A stretch of 64,000 nt of DNA from Thermodesulfovibrionales bacterium (lineage in GTDB: Bacteria > Nitrospirota > Thermodesulfovibrionia > Thermodesulfovibrionales > UBA6898), in contig JBIOIY010000002.1 of NCBI GenBank assembly GCA_044450345.1, positions 107,852 to 171,851 of the forward strand, written 5' to 3'. The notes under the pieces were generated by a model. The model saw only the letters and a program-made list of their open reading frames with translations. It searched no databases and was not told the origin of the DNA. Positions within the stretch are counted from its first letter, which is position 1; each line of letters opens with the position of its first letter. A program made the position numbers and the translations under genes. Of the stretch, positions 19,896 to 29,947 are shown in pieces.

Positions 19896-21269
19896 GTGAA
19901 AAAGCCCTGGTCCGGCAGGTTTACCAATAAGACATCTGCCATAGTCGAATCCTTTTCAGAATCCGTCTCCTTCGATAAGAGGCTTTGGAGATATGACATC
20001 GAAGGCAGCATCGCACACGCCAGGATGCTCGGCAGGCAGGGTATCATTCCTCATAAGGATGCCGGACTGATCGTGAAGGGACTCAGGGAGATCGCCTCTG
20101 ATATAGAGTCGGGCAGGTTTAGATTCCGCGAACATCTCGAAGACGTCCATATGAACATTGAAGCAGCCCTCATAAAGAAGATCGGCGCCGTGGGAAAGAA
20201 GCTGCATACCGCGCGTTCCAGGAACGATCAGGTCGCCCTCGATATGCGGCTTTATCTCAGGGAAGAAATAAAAGAGATACTTTTCCTTATAAAAAAATTT
20301 CAGAAGACGCTCGTCGATATTGCCGGGCGGCACCTGAATACTATTATGCCCGGCTATACCCATACGCAACGCGCCCAGCCGGTCCTGCTGTCGCACCATC
20401 TGCTGGCGTATGTCGAGATGCACCAGAGAGACAAGGGGCGGTTTGAAGATTGCATGAAGCGCATGAACGTCCTTCCCCTGGGTTCATGCGCTCTCGCAGG
20501 GACCACGCTGCCGATCGACAGGGGTTACGTTGCAGAGCTCCTCGGCTTCGACGAGGTCTCGCGAAACAGCATGGACGCTGTTTCAGACAGGGATTTTGCA
20601 ATGGAATTTCTTTCATGCTCTTCCATTGCGGCCACGCATCTCTCTCGCCTTGCCGAGGAGGTAGTACTGTGGTCGACGGAAGAATTCCGGCTGATAGAGA
20701 TATCCGACACATTTACTACCGGGTCCAGCATTATGCCCCAGAAAAAGAACCCTGATGTTGCCGAACTCGTCAGAGGCAAGACAGGGAGAGTATACGGACA
20801 CCTCATCTCGCTCCTTACGCTTATGAAGGGCCTGCCGCTTTCATACAACCGCGATATGCAGGAGGACAAACCTCCGGTCTTCGATGCGGTCGACACGCTG
20901 AAATCCTGTTTATCGGTTACCAACGCCATGCTGCCGGAAATTACCTTCAAGTCCGGCAGGATGCGCATGACTTCCGGTGAAGGGTATTCGACTGCGACCG
21001 ACCTCGCAGAATATCTGGTGAGGAAAGGTGTCCCCTTCAGAGAGGCCCATGAAATTACCGGCAAGATCGTTCTTTACTGCATCAGCAATAAGAAGGACCT
21101 GCAGTCCCTCGAACTTAAGGAACTAAAATCTTTTTCGAATACTATCTCGGCAGATGTGTTTAAGGCCCTGGACCCGGCAGAGTCGGTCAAGGCCAGGTCT
21201 TCATACGGCGGGACCGCCCCTTCCCAGGTCATGAGGCAGATACAATATTTCCGGAAGATCCTCAGGTAA
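19896..21269 (+). CDS. argH: Argininosuccinate lyase
   Basis: It has WSGRF, GYTHTQRAQP and the GSSIMPQKKNPD signature. The start is a GTG after AGGAGG. Confidence 0.95.
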   Translation: MKKPWSGRFTNKTSAIVESFSESVSFDKRLWRYDIEGSIAHARMLGRQGIIPHKDAGLIVKGLREIASDIESGRFRFREHLEDVHMNIEAALIKKIGAVGKKLHTARSRNDQVALDMRLYLREEIKEILFLIKKFQKTLVDIAGRHLNTIMPGYTHTQRAQPVLLSHHLLAYVEMHQRDKGRFEDCMKRMNVLPLGSCALAGTTLPIDRGYVAELLGFDEVSRNSMDAVSDRDFAMEFLSCSSIAATHLSRLAEEVVLWSTEEFRLIEISDTFTTGSSIMPQKKNPDVAELVRGKTGRVYGHLISLLTLMKGLPLSYNRDMQEDKPPVFDAVDTLKSCLSVTNAMLPEITFKSGRMRMTSGEGYSTATDLAEYLVRKGVPFREAHEITGKIVLYCISNKKDLQSLELKELKSFSNTISADVFKALDPAESVKARSSYGGTAPSQVMRQIQYFRKILR

Positions 21270-21270
21270 A

Positions 21271-22245
21271 ATGGCCCTCTCGAATAATCATCGTTGGCGT
21301 AAATTACGGAGCCTGCCGGTCTCCGGTCCGATTTTGGTCATTATAGCCCTCTTTCTTGTTTCATCCTGCGGCAAGAAAGCCGCGCCCTCACTCGCTTCCT
21401 ATGAAAAACCACCGGCCCCCGCCGTCCTCAGCGTCTCCCAAAGGGAGAACGGCATGCTCCTCTCGTGGGGCTTTCCGGCTGACAAGGAAAAGGTGATATC
21501 GGGATTTATCGTACTCAGGGAACGGGATTCGGCTTTTAATAAAATTGCGTCGGCAGGGAGCGATATGCGCGCCTTCATCGATACTGATGTAAAGGAGGGG
21601 ATGAAGTACACGTATAAAGTCGTATCGCAGAACCAAAGGGGGATATTGAGCGCGGATTCAAATTCCGTCACGGTGGTCGTCCTAACGCCGCCGGAGCCGC
21701 CTGCGAATATAGTATGGAATATCGGGAGCGATTCGCTGTCGCTTTCATGGGAGAAGACCGGAAAAGAGGTCCGGTATAACGTGTACCGGACCTTCGAAAA
21801 AGGAAAATACGGCATGCCCCCTGTGAACAAGTCGCCTATTCCAGAGAATTTTTTTAAAGACAATTTTTTTCTCGACAGGCCGGTGCATTATACTATCCGG
21901 AGTCTGGTAAAGAATACAGTGGCGGCAGAGGGGCCGGCATCACAGGAAATAACTGTTAACCCCTCGGATTTCATACCGGCGCCGCCTCGGGACATCCGCT
22001 TTTTTGCCGCATCCGATAAGATCTACCTGTATTGGAAAGAAGCTGATACGGTTTGGATCACAGGCTTCAGGGTATACAGGAGATTCTCTGGTAGCGATTA
22101 TGCCCTGATCGCCGAGACACAGATACCCTCTTTTTTGGACAAGGACACGCCATATGTAAAAAGAGATTACCGGATCGCTGCGGTAGGGCCTTCGCGGGAG
22201 GGACCCGCCGCTGAAATCACGGGGGTCCTTTTCCAGCCCGAATGA
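21271..22245 (+). CDS. Lipoprotein with three fibronectin type III-like repeats
   Basis: It has a lipobox (LVSSCGKK). Three repeats each carry the pattern P-x-P...LSW...Y-x-V/Y-R. Confidence 0.65.
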   Translation: MALSNNHRWRKLRSLPVSGPILVIIALFLVSSCGKKAAPSLASYEKPPAPAVLSVSQRENGMLLSWGFPADKEKVISGFIVLRERDSAFNKIASAGSDMRAFIDTDVKEGMKYTYKVVSQNQRGILSADSNSVTVVVLTPPEPPANIVWNIGSDSLSLSWEKTGKEVRYNVYRTFEKGKYGMPPVNKSPIPENFFKDNFFLDRPVHYTIRSLVKNTVAAEGPASQEITVNPSDFIPAPPRDIRFFAASDKIYLYWKEADTVWITGFRVYRRFSGSDYALIAETQIPSFLDKDTPYVKRDYRIAAVGPSREGPAAEITGVLFQPE

Positions 22246-22331
22246 ACCTCATGCGTATTAAGACAAAAACGAAGAAAAAAGTTGGCAAAAAATGCGTATT
22301 TTATTTTACACTTAAGCGAAAATATTGAGCT

Positions 22332-24452
22332 ATGGGCATCCCACTAAAAATACTGATTATTGAGGATTCCGAGGATGATGTAGTCCTTTTACTGAGGGAG
22401 CTCAAACTCGGCGGATATGAACCTCTCCACGTGCGGGTCGAGACAGCGGAGGACATGGCGGCGGCTATCGCCGAAAGACAGTGGGATGTCATCATATCCG
22501 ATTTCATCATGCCGCAATTCAGCGGACCCGCGGCCCTCGACCTTCTCAAACAGAGCGGTCTTGACATACCGTTCATTATCGTTTCGGGAAAAATAGGAGA
22601 AGACATCGCAGTGGAGGCAATGAAGGCGGGTGCCCATGACTATATACTCAAGGGCAACCTCGCGAGGCTCGTCCCTGCCGTAAAGAGGGAATTAAGAGAG
22701 GCTGAATCACGCGCCTCCAAGCGGGCGGCGGAAGAAGAACTGAACAGGCACCGGGACCATCTTGGAGAACTCGTCGAAGAGCGCACAAACGAATTAAGGA
22801 GCACAAACGAGCAGCTTCAACAAGAGATATCCGACCGCAAGACAGCGGAAGAGGCGCTGCGCAAGGCGATAAAAAGGGCGAAAGAGGAAAAGGCGAAGTC
22901 CGAAGCGATAATCGCAGCGCTGGGCGACGGTATCGTCATCCAGGACAGCGACTTTAAAATCACCTATCAAAATCTGATCCACAAAAACATCATTGGCGAC
23001 CATCTGGGCGAATACTGCTATAGAGCATACCGCGTGGGGGAAAGTCACTGCACAGATTGCCCTGTTTCTCTGTCTTTCAGGGACGGTATGATACACCAGG
23101 CCGAAAAGACCATTTCAACAGACACTGGGCTCCGCAACATCGAGATTACGGCGTCCCCTCTGCGAGATGCCTCGGGCCGAATCATTGCAGGTATCGAGAT
23201 CGTCAGGGACACAACGGAGCGCAAAAAAATGGAAGATGAATTGCGCGAACACCGCGACCATCTGGACCTGATGGTGAAGGACCGCACCTCCGAGCTGAGG
23301 AAGCTCAACAAGGAGCTCAGGGCCGAGATCATGCGCCGCATACAAATGGAGAAGGACCTGATTGAGAGCCAGCGCTTCGTCCATCGTATCGCTGATGCGA
23401 CCCCTAACATACTCTACCTCTACGACGCGGTCGAAAACAGGAATATTTACATAAATTCGCGCATCAAGGACATCCTCGGTTACTCTCCGGAAGATATTAA
23501 GAATATGAAGAGTGCTTTTTTCAAGAAACTCCTGCACCCCGGCGATGCTCCGGTCATCGACGCTCTCTGGAAGAGATTTCTCAAAGCCAATGACGGCGAC
23601 ATCATAGAGTCGGAATACCGATTGAAGAATTACAACGGCGACTGGCGCTGGTTCTATAGCAGAGATATAGTATTCAAGAGGACTTCCGGCGGTCATCTGA
23701 AACTCGTACTCGGCATCTCTCAGGACGTTACCGAGCGCAAAATGTTTGAGGAAGAACTGCAGAGTTCCCGCGAGCAACTCCGCCGGCTCCTGGCCCACCA
23801 CCAGTCGGTGAGGGAGGACGAAAGGACCCGGATATCCCGCGAAATCCACGATGAACTGGGACAGTCCCTGACGGCCCTTAAGATGGACCTCTCGTGGATG
23901 GTCAAGCGGCTCGGCAAAGACCAAGGGCCCCTTTTGGAGAAGGCCCGTCTCATGTCAAAGCTGATCGACATGAATATCCAGACTGTCAAAAGGATCGCCG
24001 CAGAGCTGAGACCGGGACTGCTCGACGATCTGGGCCTGACTGCTGCCCTCGAATGGCAGGCTGAGGAATTCCAGAAAAGGACCGGGATAAAGTGCGAAGT
24101 TTCGGTCCTTCCCGAGGACATGGAGCTGGACAGAGATGTCTCGACAGCCATCTTCCGCATCTTTCAGGAGACGCTCACCAATGTGGTAAGGCACGCGAAG
24201 GCAAAAAAGGTCAGCGCAAGCTTAAAAAAGAAGAAAGACACTCTGATGTTCCAGATCAAAGATGACGGAAAAGGGATATCCGAAAAACAGATTTCGAACC
24301 CAAAATCCATAGGATTGATAGGCATGAGAGAGCGGGTGCACTTTTTTGCGGGCAGGATGGAGATCACCGGGGACGAAGGGACTACCGTGACGGTCACCAT
24401 TCCAGTGGGCGAAGGAGCAGATACCGTCACCCGGGAAAAGGTCTTGAAATGA
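22332..24452 (+). CDS. Hybrid sensor histidine kinase (REC, coiled coil, PAS, coiled coil, PAS, HisKA_3, HATPase_c)
   Basis: The REC domain has ILIIEDSEDD and DVIISDFIMP. There are two PAS blocks. The HisKA_3 H-box is ISREIHDELGQSLTAL, and the ATPase has N and G boxes (LTNVVRHA, DDGKGI, GLIGMRER). Confidence 0.9.
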   Translation: MGIPLKILIIEDSEDDVVLLLRELKLGGYEPLHVRVETAEDMAAAIAERQWDVIISDFIMPQFSGPAALDLLKQSGLDIPFIIVSGKIGEDIAVEAMKAGAHDYILKGNLARLVPAVKRELREAESRASKRAAEEELNRHRDHLGELVEERTNELRSTNEQLQQEISDRKTAEEALRKAIKRAKEEKAKSEAIIAALGDGIVIQDSDFKITYQNLIHKNIIGDHLGEYCYRAYRVGESHCTDCPVSLSFRDGMIHQAEKTISTDTGLRNIEITASPLRDASGRIIAGIEIVRDTTERKKMEDELREHRDHLDLMVKDRTSELRKLNKELRAEIMRRIQMEKDLIESQRFVHRIADATPNILYLYDAVENRNIYINSRIKDILGYSPEDIKNMKSAFFKKLLHPGDAPVIDALWKRFLKANDGDIIESEYRLKNYNGDWRWFYSRDIVFKRTSGGHLKLVLGISQDVTERKMFEEELQSSREQLRRLLAHHQSVREDERTRISREIHDELGQSLTALKMDLSWMVKRLGKDQGPLLEKARLMSKLIDMNIQTVKRIAAELRPGLLDDLGLTAALEWQAEEFQKRTGIKCEVSVLPEDMELDRDVSTAIFRIFQETLTNVVRHAKAKKVSASLKKKKDTLMFQIKDDGKGISEKQISNPKSIGLIGMRERVHFFAGRMEITGDEGTTVTVTIPVGEGADTVTREKVLK

Positions 24453-24492
24453 GCGGCAAAGGAGTTCGAGATGATGTCCCGGGAGGATTGAA

Positions 24493-25125
24493 TTGATAAA
24501 GATACTCATCGCCGATGACCACAGGATTGTCCGTGAGGGGCTGAAACAGATCCTTGCCGAAACACAGGACATGATCGTTACGGACGAGGCCAATAACGCG
24601 CAAGAGGTGTTAAAAAAGGTCTGGGACAACGATTACGACGTACTACTCCTGGACATATCCATGCCGGGAAGAAGCGGTCTGGACATATTGAAACAATTAA
24701 AAAGCGACCGGCCTAAACTCTCCGTGCTTGTGCTGAGCATGTATTCCGAGGAGCAATATGCCTTAAGGGCCCTGAGGGCCGGCGCGTCAGGCTACATGAC
24801 CAAAGAAAGCGCGCCTGATGAATTGATAGAGGCGATACGAAAGGTTTCGACGGGCAGGAAGTATATCAGCCCTAGTGTTGCAGAAAAGCTCGCCTTCAGC
24901 CTTGAAAGCGGCGATGAAAGACCTCCCCAGGAAACACTCTCCGACCGTGAATTCCAGGTCATGTGCATGATCGCTTCCGGTAAAACGATCAAGGCTATTG
25001 CCGACGAGCTCTCGCTGAGCGTCAAGACGGTCAGCACCTATCGTGCACGCATTCTCGAAAAGATGCGGATGAAAAACAACGCCGAGCTCACGCACTATGC
25101 GATTCAAAACAAACTCGTTGAGTAA
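24493..25125 (+). CDS. NarL/FixJ-family response regulator (REC plus LuxR HTH)
   Basis: It has ILIADDH, DVLLLDISMP, and LSDREFQVMCMIASGKTIKAIADELSLSVKTVSTYR. The start is a TTG after GGGAGGA. Confidence 0.92.
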   Translation: MIKILIADDHRIVREGLKQILAETQDMIVTDEANNAQEVLKKVWDNDYDVLLLDISMPGRSGLDILKQLKSDRPKLSVLVLSMYSEEQYALRALRAGASGYMTKESAPDELIEAIRKVSTGRKYISPSVAEKLAFSLESGDERPPQETLSDREFQVMCMIASGKTIKAIADELSLSVKTVSTYRARILEKMRMKNNAELTHYAIQNKLVE

Positions 25126-25235
25126 CCGGTTCGCAGCTCTCCGGTTGACAGAGGATCAGCGATTGGGTTACGCTCTTTCGAAGTGTCGGGCAGGGCAAAC
25201 CGCGGCGGGACCGCTTCCGGGTTAAGCATTTTCTG

Positions 25236-25820
25236 ATGAAAGAAAAGATCCTTAAAGAATTCAAAGAAAGCATTTCCGTCAAGGAAAAATTCATCCAGGG
25301 TCATCTGGACGCAGTCATCGATGTGTCCAGGGCCATCGCAGCCGCCTTTAACGAAGGGAACAAACTGATTCTCTTCGGCAATGGTGGAAGCTCCACTGAC
25401 GCCTCCCACATCGCGGCAGAATTTGTCAACAGGTTCAAGAGAGAGCGTCCGGGACTGCCGGCTATCGCACTGAATACCGATATGGCGGTCATTACATCGA
25501 TAGCAAACGATTATGATTACTCAGAGATCTTTTCCCGCCAGCTCAAGTCTCTCGCCGCCGAAGGGGATGTCGTAATCGCCATCACCACAAGCGGACATTC
25601 TTCTAACGTCATCAAGGCGCTTGACGCGGCGAAAAAAAAGAAATTGAAAACAATAATCTTTACGGGAACTAAAGGGGAGAAACTCGCCTCCAAGGCGTCA
25701 TATTCCTTTGTCGTACCCTCAGATAACACACCGAGAATACAGGAAACACATATTACCCTGGGGCACGTAATCTGCCTCATGGTCGAAGAAATACTCTTTG
25801 AAGAACCTCGAAAAAAGTAG
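25236..25820 (+). CDS. gmhA: SIS-domain phosphoheptose isomerase (GmhA/DiaA-like)
   Basis: It has the motifs GNGGSSTDASHIAAEFVNRF and VVIAITTSGHSSNV. Confidence 0.8.
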   Translation: MKEKILKEFKESISVKEKFIQGHLDAVIDVSRAIAAAFNEGNKLILFGNGGSSTDASHIAAEFVNRFKRERPGLPAIALNTDMAVITSIANDYDYSEIFSRQLKSLAAEGDVVIAITTSGHSSNVIKALDAAKKKKLKTIIFTGTKGEKLASKASYSFVVPSDNTPRIQETHITLGHVICLMVEEILFEEPRKK

Positions 25821-25978
25821 TTCCCCGGGCCAAAAGTTTTTCATATAGATATGGTACTTAAAGAAAGAGAATTGAATATTTCATCCATTCAAAAATCAGG
25901 GAATACTCCCTTTATGGTCTCGAAGGTTGATGATGCGGTGAGAGAACTAATATCAGAGACGGGCAAGGAACTTGAAAC

Positions 25979-26467
25979 ATGATAATTCTCGGCCTTGATC
26001 CGGGCCTGGCAAGTACCGGGTTCGGTGCAATCAAATGCGAGAACAGCTCCCCCTCCCTGTTAAAATGCGGTCACATAAAGACCTCGCCCGAAGACCATAT
26101 TTCACACAGACTGTCCCAAATTCATTCCGATATCGCCCGTCTTATCCATCTGGTTCAACCGGATTTAATTGCCATTGAGAATGTATTTTCTCTGGTCAGA
26201 TATCCTAAAGCCGGTATTCTCCTAGGGGGGGTTTTAGGTATTATATATCTGTCCGTGTGCCAGAATAATATTTCGATGATTGAAATTACACCTAAAGAAG
26301 TGAAAAATTCTCTGGTCGGCTACGGCAGCGCCGACAAGAAACAGGTCAAAGAGACCGTAAAAAAATTACTCAAAATTACGGACATCAGGTCCTTCCATGC
26401 TGCAGATGCATTAGCCATAGCCTTGACCGCATTCCACAGAAAAACATCATGGGGGAAGCTCAAATGA
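25979..26467 (+). CDS. ruvC: Crossover junction endodeoxyribonuclease RuvC
   Basis: It has ILGLDPGLASTGFG, IENVF and HAADALAIAL. Confidence 0.95.
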   Translation: MIILGLDPGLASTGFGAIKCENSSPSLLKCGHIKTSPEDHISHRLSQIHSDIARLIHLVQPDLIAIENVFSLVRYPKAGILLGGVLGIIYLSVCQNNISMIEITPKEVKNSLVGYGSADKKQVKETVKKLLKITDIRSFHAADALAIALTAFHRKTSWGKLK

Positions 26468-27084
26468 TAACCTATTTAAAGGGAAGTCTAAGGATTAAAC
26501 CGTTGTCTGATGAGAGAATCACTCTGATAGTAAATGGTATAGGGTATGATATATTAATACCTGCATATGTGATGAATAGGATAAAAAAAGAAAAATCCGA
26601 CGGAGACGAACTGGAATTATACGTTTCATACAATCAAACGGAGCGACAACCCAAACCGGTCCTGGTCGGCTTTGAGTCGGACTTGGACAAAGAATTTTTT
26701 GAACTGTTTATATCGGTCGAAGATATCGGTCCAACTGCGGCGGTGAAGGCATTGATCAGGCCCGTGAGAGAAATCGCGCGTTCGATTGAAGGGAAAGATT
26801 CAAAAGCACTAAAACAATTAAAAGGTATCGGGGAGAGAAAGGCGGAAAAGATTATTGCGACGTTGAAAGGAAAGGTCGCAAAATACGCCTTGATGCCGGA
26901 ACTGGAAGCGCCTGCCGAAGTGACTGAAGATTTCCAGAAGGAAGTCGAGGACGTTCTGATAACCCAGCTTGGACATAAACAGATAGAAGCTCGCAAGATG
27001 ATAGAGGAAGCCATGAAAAGGAATCCCCGCATCAATTCGTCTGAGGAATTATTTGAGGAAGTATATAGAGGGCAAAAGAAGTGA
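26464..27084 (+). CDS. ruvA: Holliday junction branch migration protein RuvA
   Basis: It has MITYLKG, GIGYDI and [15 protein letters not shown] (HhH). Its start forms an ATGA overlap with the ruvC stop. Confidence 0.92.
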   Translation: MITYLKGSLRIKPLSDERITLIVNGIGYDILIPAYVMNRIKKEKSDGDELELYVSYNQTERQPKPVLVGFESDLDKEFFELFISVEDIGPTAAVKALIRPVREIARSIEGKDSKALKQLKGIGERKAEKIIATLKGKVAKYALMPELEAPAEVTEDFQKEVEDVLITQLGHKQIEARKMIEEAMKRNPRINSSEELFEEVYRGQKK

Positions 27085-28148
27085 TCTTCGAAGAAGAAAA
27101 CAATCTTCCCGAAATTCTGAAAGATAACGATATTTTGGAGGGAGACAGCACCTTATTAAATTTAAGACCGAAGAAGCTATCGGAGTATATAGGGCAGGAC
27201 AAAATAGTTGAAACACTGAACATCGCAATAGAAGCTGCCCTTGGGAGAAGTGAACCTTTAGACCATGTATTATTCAATGGCCCTCCGGGGCTGGGTAAGA
27301 CCACTTTAGCCCACATTATTGCGAATGAGATGGGGTCAAAAATAATTACTTCATCCGGGCCGGCGCTGGAAAAAGGCGGGGATCTGATGGGAATTCTCAC
27401 CCATATGGAAAAAGGAGATGTCTTTTTTATCGATGAAATTCACAGGCTGCCTAAGGTCGTTGAAGAATTTCTTTATCCGGCAATGGAGGACTTTGCCGTG
27501 GACTTCATTTTTGATAAAGGAGTGCATGCAAGAACTCACAGGTACAGACTTGAGCCTTTCACTCTCATAGGGGCGACAACACGGGCCGGCCTGTTATCCT
27601 CACCCTTAAGGGAAAGGTTTGGAATTACAAGGGACCTGGATTTTTATACGGAACAAGACCTGATTCGTATTGTGAAGCGGTCTGCAGCAATCCTGGAAAT
27701 AACTGTTGAGCAGGAAGGCGCGTATGAAATAGCCCGGAGATCAAGGGGGACCCCGAGAGTTGCTAACAGATTGTTAAAACGCGTCCGTGATTTTGCACAA
27801 GTAAGGGCAAAGGGAAAGATTACAAAAAAAGTAGCCGTGGATGCGCTCGCGCTGGAAGGAATTGACGACGATGGATTAGGAGAAACCGATAGAAAATTGA
27901 TGAGGACGATAATACTCCATTATAAGGGCGGCCCGGTTGGAATTGAAGCGCTTGCCTCCACTCTTCAGATAGAAACAGATGTGCTTTTGGATGTGGTTGA
28001 GCCATATTTATTAAAAACAGGTTTTATCATTCGTACTTCACAGGGAAGGAAGGCTACCGAAAGAGCGTACTCCCATTTCAATATCTCCCGCAAAAGTGAA
28101 TCCGATGATCCCGGCCTTTTCGGAAATGTAAAGAACAGACGACCATAA
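27081..28148 (+). CDS. ruvB: Holliday junction DNA helicase RuvB
   Basis: It has [31 protein letters not shown] and [16 protein letters not shown]. Its start forms a GTGA overlap with the ruvA stop. Confidence 0.97.
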   Translation: MIFEEENNLPEILKDNDILEGDSTLLNLRPKKLSEYIGQDKIVETLNIAIEAALGRSEPLDHVLFNGPPGLGKTTLAHIIANEMGSKIITSSGPALEKGGDLMGILTHMEKGDVFFIDEIHRLPKVVEEFLYPAMEDFAVDFIFDKGVHARTHRYRLEPFTLIGATTRAGLLSSPLRERFGITRDLDFYTEQDLIRIVKRSAAILEITVEQEGAYEIARRSRGTPRVANRLLKRVRDFAQVRAKGKITKKVAVDALALEGIDDDGLGETDRKLMRTIILHYKGGPVGIEALASTLQIETDVLLDVVEPYLLKTGFIIRTSQGRKATERAYSHFNISRKSESDDPGLFGNVKNRRP

Positions 28149-28151
28149 CCC

Positions 28152-28706
28152 ATGAAACTCCTGATGCATATCTGCTGTTCAAACTGCAGTGTCTTTCCAC
28201 TCGAAGTTTTTTTGACCAAGGGGATAGACGTTACGGGCTTGTGGTTCAACCCCAACATACACCCCTATACGGAATATGCGCAGCGGCTCGATTCTCTGAG
28301 GAAACTTCAGCGAATGTGGAACCTGGATATTGAATATGACGAAAACTATGCTCTGGATGATTTTTTGAAATCCGTGGTCGGCAAGGGGACGCACCGGTGT
28401 GAAATCTGCTATGCGACGAGGCTGGAAAAAACCGCCTGGACTGCAAAAAAGATGGGCATCGGGGGTTTCACGACCTCTCTTCTTGCAAGTCCATATCAGA
28501 AATTTGATATGATAATAGCAATAGGTGAAGAGATCGGCCGAAGACAGGGAGTTTCCTTTTTTTACGAAGACCTGAGGCAGGGATGGAACATTTCAAGAGG
28601 TCTCGCCTCGGAATTCGGCCTTTACAGACAAAAATACTGCGGCTGCATATATTCGGAAATGGAAAGATACGCAAAGAAAGGCAAGCGCCCTGCCGCTGGC
28701 AGATAG
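28152..28706 (+). CDS. queH: Epoxyqueuosine reductase QueH (DUF208)
   Basis: It has LLMHICCSNCS, RCEICY and QKYCGCIYSE, which are the Cys motifs typical of QueH. Confidence 0.85.
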   Translation: MKLLMHICCSNCSVFPLEVFLTKGIDVTGLWFNPNIHPYTEYAQRLDSLRKLQRMWNLDIEYDENYALDDFLKSVVGKGTHRCEICYATRLEKTAWTAKKMGIGGFTTSLLASPYQKFDMIIAIGEEIGRRQGVSFFYEDLRQGWNISRGLASEFGLYRQKYCGCIYSEMERYAKKGKRPAAGR

Positions 28707-28725
28707 CGGAAAAGTCCGGTAAATA

Positions 28726-28962
28726 TTGAGCGGGATGGTCGATGAGATGCAGCATATAGGCAGATTACTGGTCATTTCTGGCGTTGCAATAGCGGCGATC
28801 GGCGTACTCATCATCTTTTCAGGCAAACTCCCGTGGCTGGGAAGACTGCCGGGGGACATCGTTTTTCACAGGAAGAATTTCACGTTCTATTTCCCCCTCG
28901 CAACGAGCATATTGATAAGTCTTGTGCTCACGCTTCTGTTCTGGATATTTGGGAGGAGATAA
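28726..28962 (+). CDS. DUF2905-like small membrane protein
   Basis: It has two TM helices and the LPGDIVF...NFTFYFPL block. The start could be one of several nearby Met codons. Confidence 0.6.
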   Translation: MSGMVDEMQHIGRLLVISGVAIAAIGVLIIFSGKLPWLGRLPGDIVFHRKNFTFYFPLATSILISLVLTLLFWIFGRR

Positions 28963-28963
28963 C

Positions 28964-29947
28964 ATGCGCAAGAGGTTGATCTTTATATATTTTTTCCTGA
29001 TGTTGCTCGCCTGCTCAAGGCTGGAGGCGGGGACAATCAAGGTCTTGATACTGGATGATGTGTTCCAGAATATACCTGCAAAGGACGAACAGCTCGAAAA
29101 AATGGGCAAGCTCAGCGGTGACCTCCTGGTCGGCGGCACCCATTATGGCGGTGATATCGCGGTCATGAAAGGCAAAACCGGGATGTATCTTATAAACGAA
29201 CTGCCAATCGAGGAATACGTAAAAAATGTGGTCGGGGCAGAAGTGAGTTCCAGTTGGGACATGGAAGCGCTCAAGGTCCAGGCCGTAATCGCAAGAACCT
29301 ATGCCCTTTACCAAAAAATGGCTGCGGGGAACACACCATATGACCTGACCTCTTCAGTCCTCCATCAGGTGTACAAAGGGAGCACAGTGGATGCAAGGAT
29401 CGCCTATGCAGTAATGAATACCGAGGGTGAGGTTCTCTATTATAACGACCGGCTGATCGAAGCGCTTTATCATTCGACAAGCGGCGGAATGACTGAAGAC
29501 GCCTCCGAGGTATTCGGGAAGAGTTATCCTTACTTGAAACCGGTTACATCAAACTGCGAGATATCCCCTTACTGGATGTGGGAAAGAAAGATACCGGTGG
29601 ACGAAATTGAAAAAGCGATAAATATCTCCGGGCTCAAAGAGATTACCATAAAGTCCTACACATCAACGAGGCGGGTCAAGACCGTAGATGTCGTACACAA
29701 CGGGGGGGTTGCGAACGTAAAGGCAACTGACCTGAGAAAAATGCTGGGATGGAGCCGGTTGCCGAGTACGAACTTCGAGGTGACCCGGGAAAACGGCAAT
29801 TTTATCTTTGAGGGAAAGGGATACGGCCACGGCGTGGGACTCTGCCAGTGGTCGGCCCTCCAGATGGCCCGTGATGGTAAGAACTATAGAGAAATCCTTT
29901 CCTTTTTTTATCCTGGTACGGTCATCAAAATATATGAAGACCGCTGA
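28964..29947 (+). CDS. SpoIID/LytB domain protein
   Basis: It has YHSTSGGMTEDASEVFG and GYGHGVGLCQWSA. The start is an ATG after GGGAGGAG. Confidence 0.85.
   Translation: MRKRLIFIYFFLMLLACSRLEAGTIKVLILDDVFQNIPAKDEQLEKMGKLSGDLLVGGTHYGGDIAVMKGKTGMYLINELPIEEYVKNVVGAEVSSSWDMEALKVQAVIARTYALYQKMAAGNTPYDLTSSVLHQVYKGSTVDARIAYAVMNTEGEVLYYNDRLIEALYHSTSGGMTEDASEVFGKSYPYLKPVTSNCEISPYWMWERKIPVDEIEKAINISGLKEITIKSYTSTRRVKTVDVVHNGGVANVKATDLRKMLGWSRLPSTNFEVTRENGNFIFEGKGYGHGVGLCQWSALQMARDGKNYREILSFFYPGTVIKIYEDR

Noticed and set aside
23115-23924. Long antisense ORFs lie inside conserved genes. Examples are 23115..23924 in the kinase, 44221..44991 in recD2, 2948..3718 in the binding-protein gene, 4456..5184 in the AI-2E gene, 51354..52618 in nfnAB, 53681..54298 in cooS and 56714..57358 in acsB.
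   Set aside because: All are fully nested opposite strongly supported genes. None has an SD site or a family signature, so I treat them as shadow ORFs.
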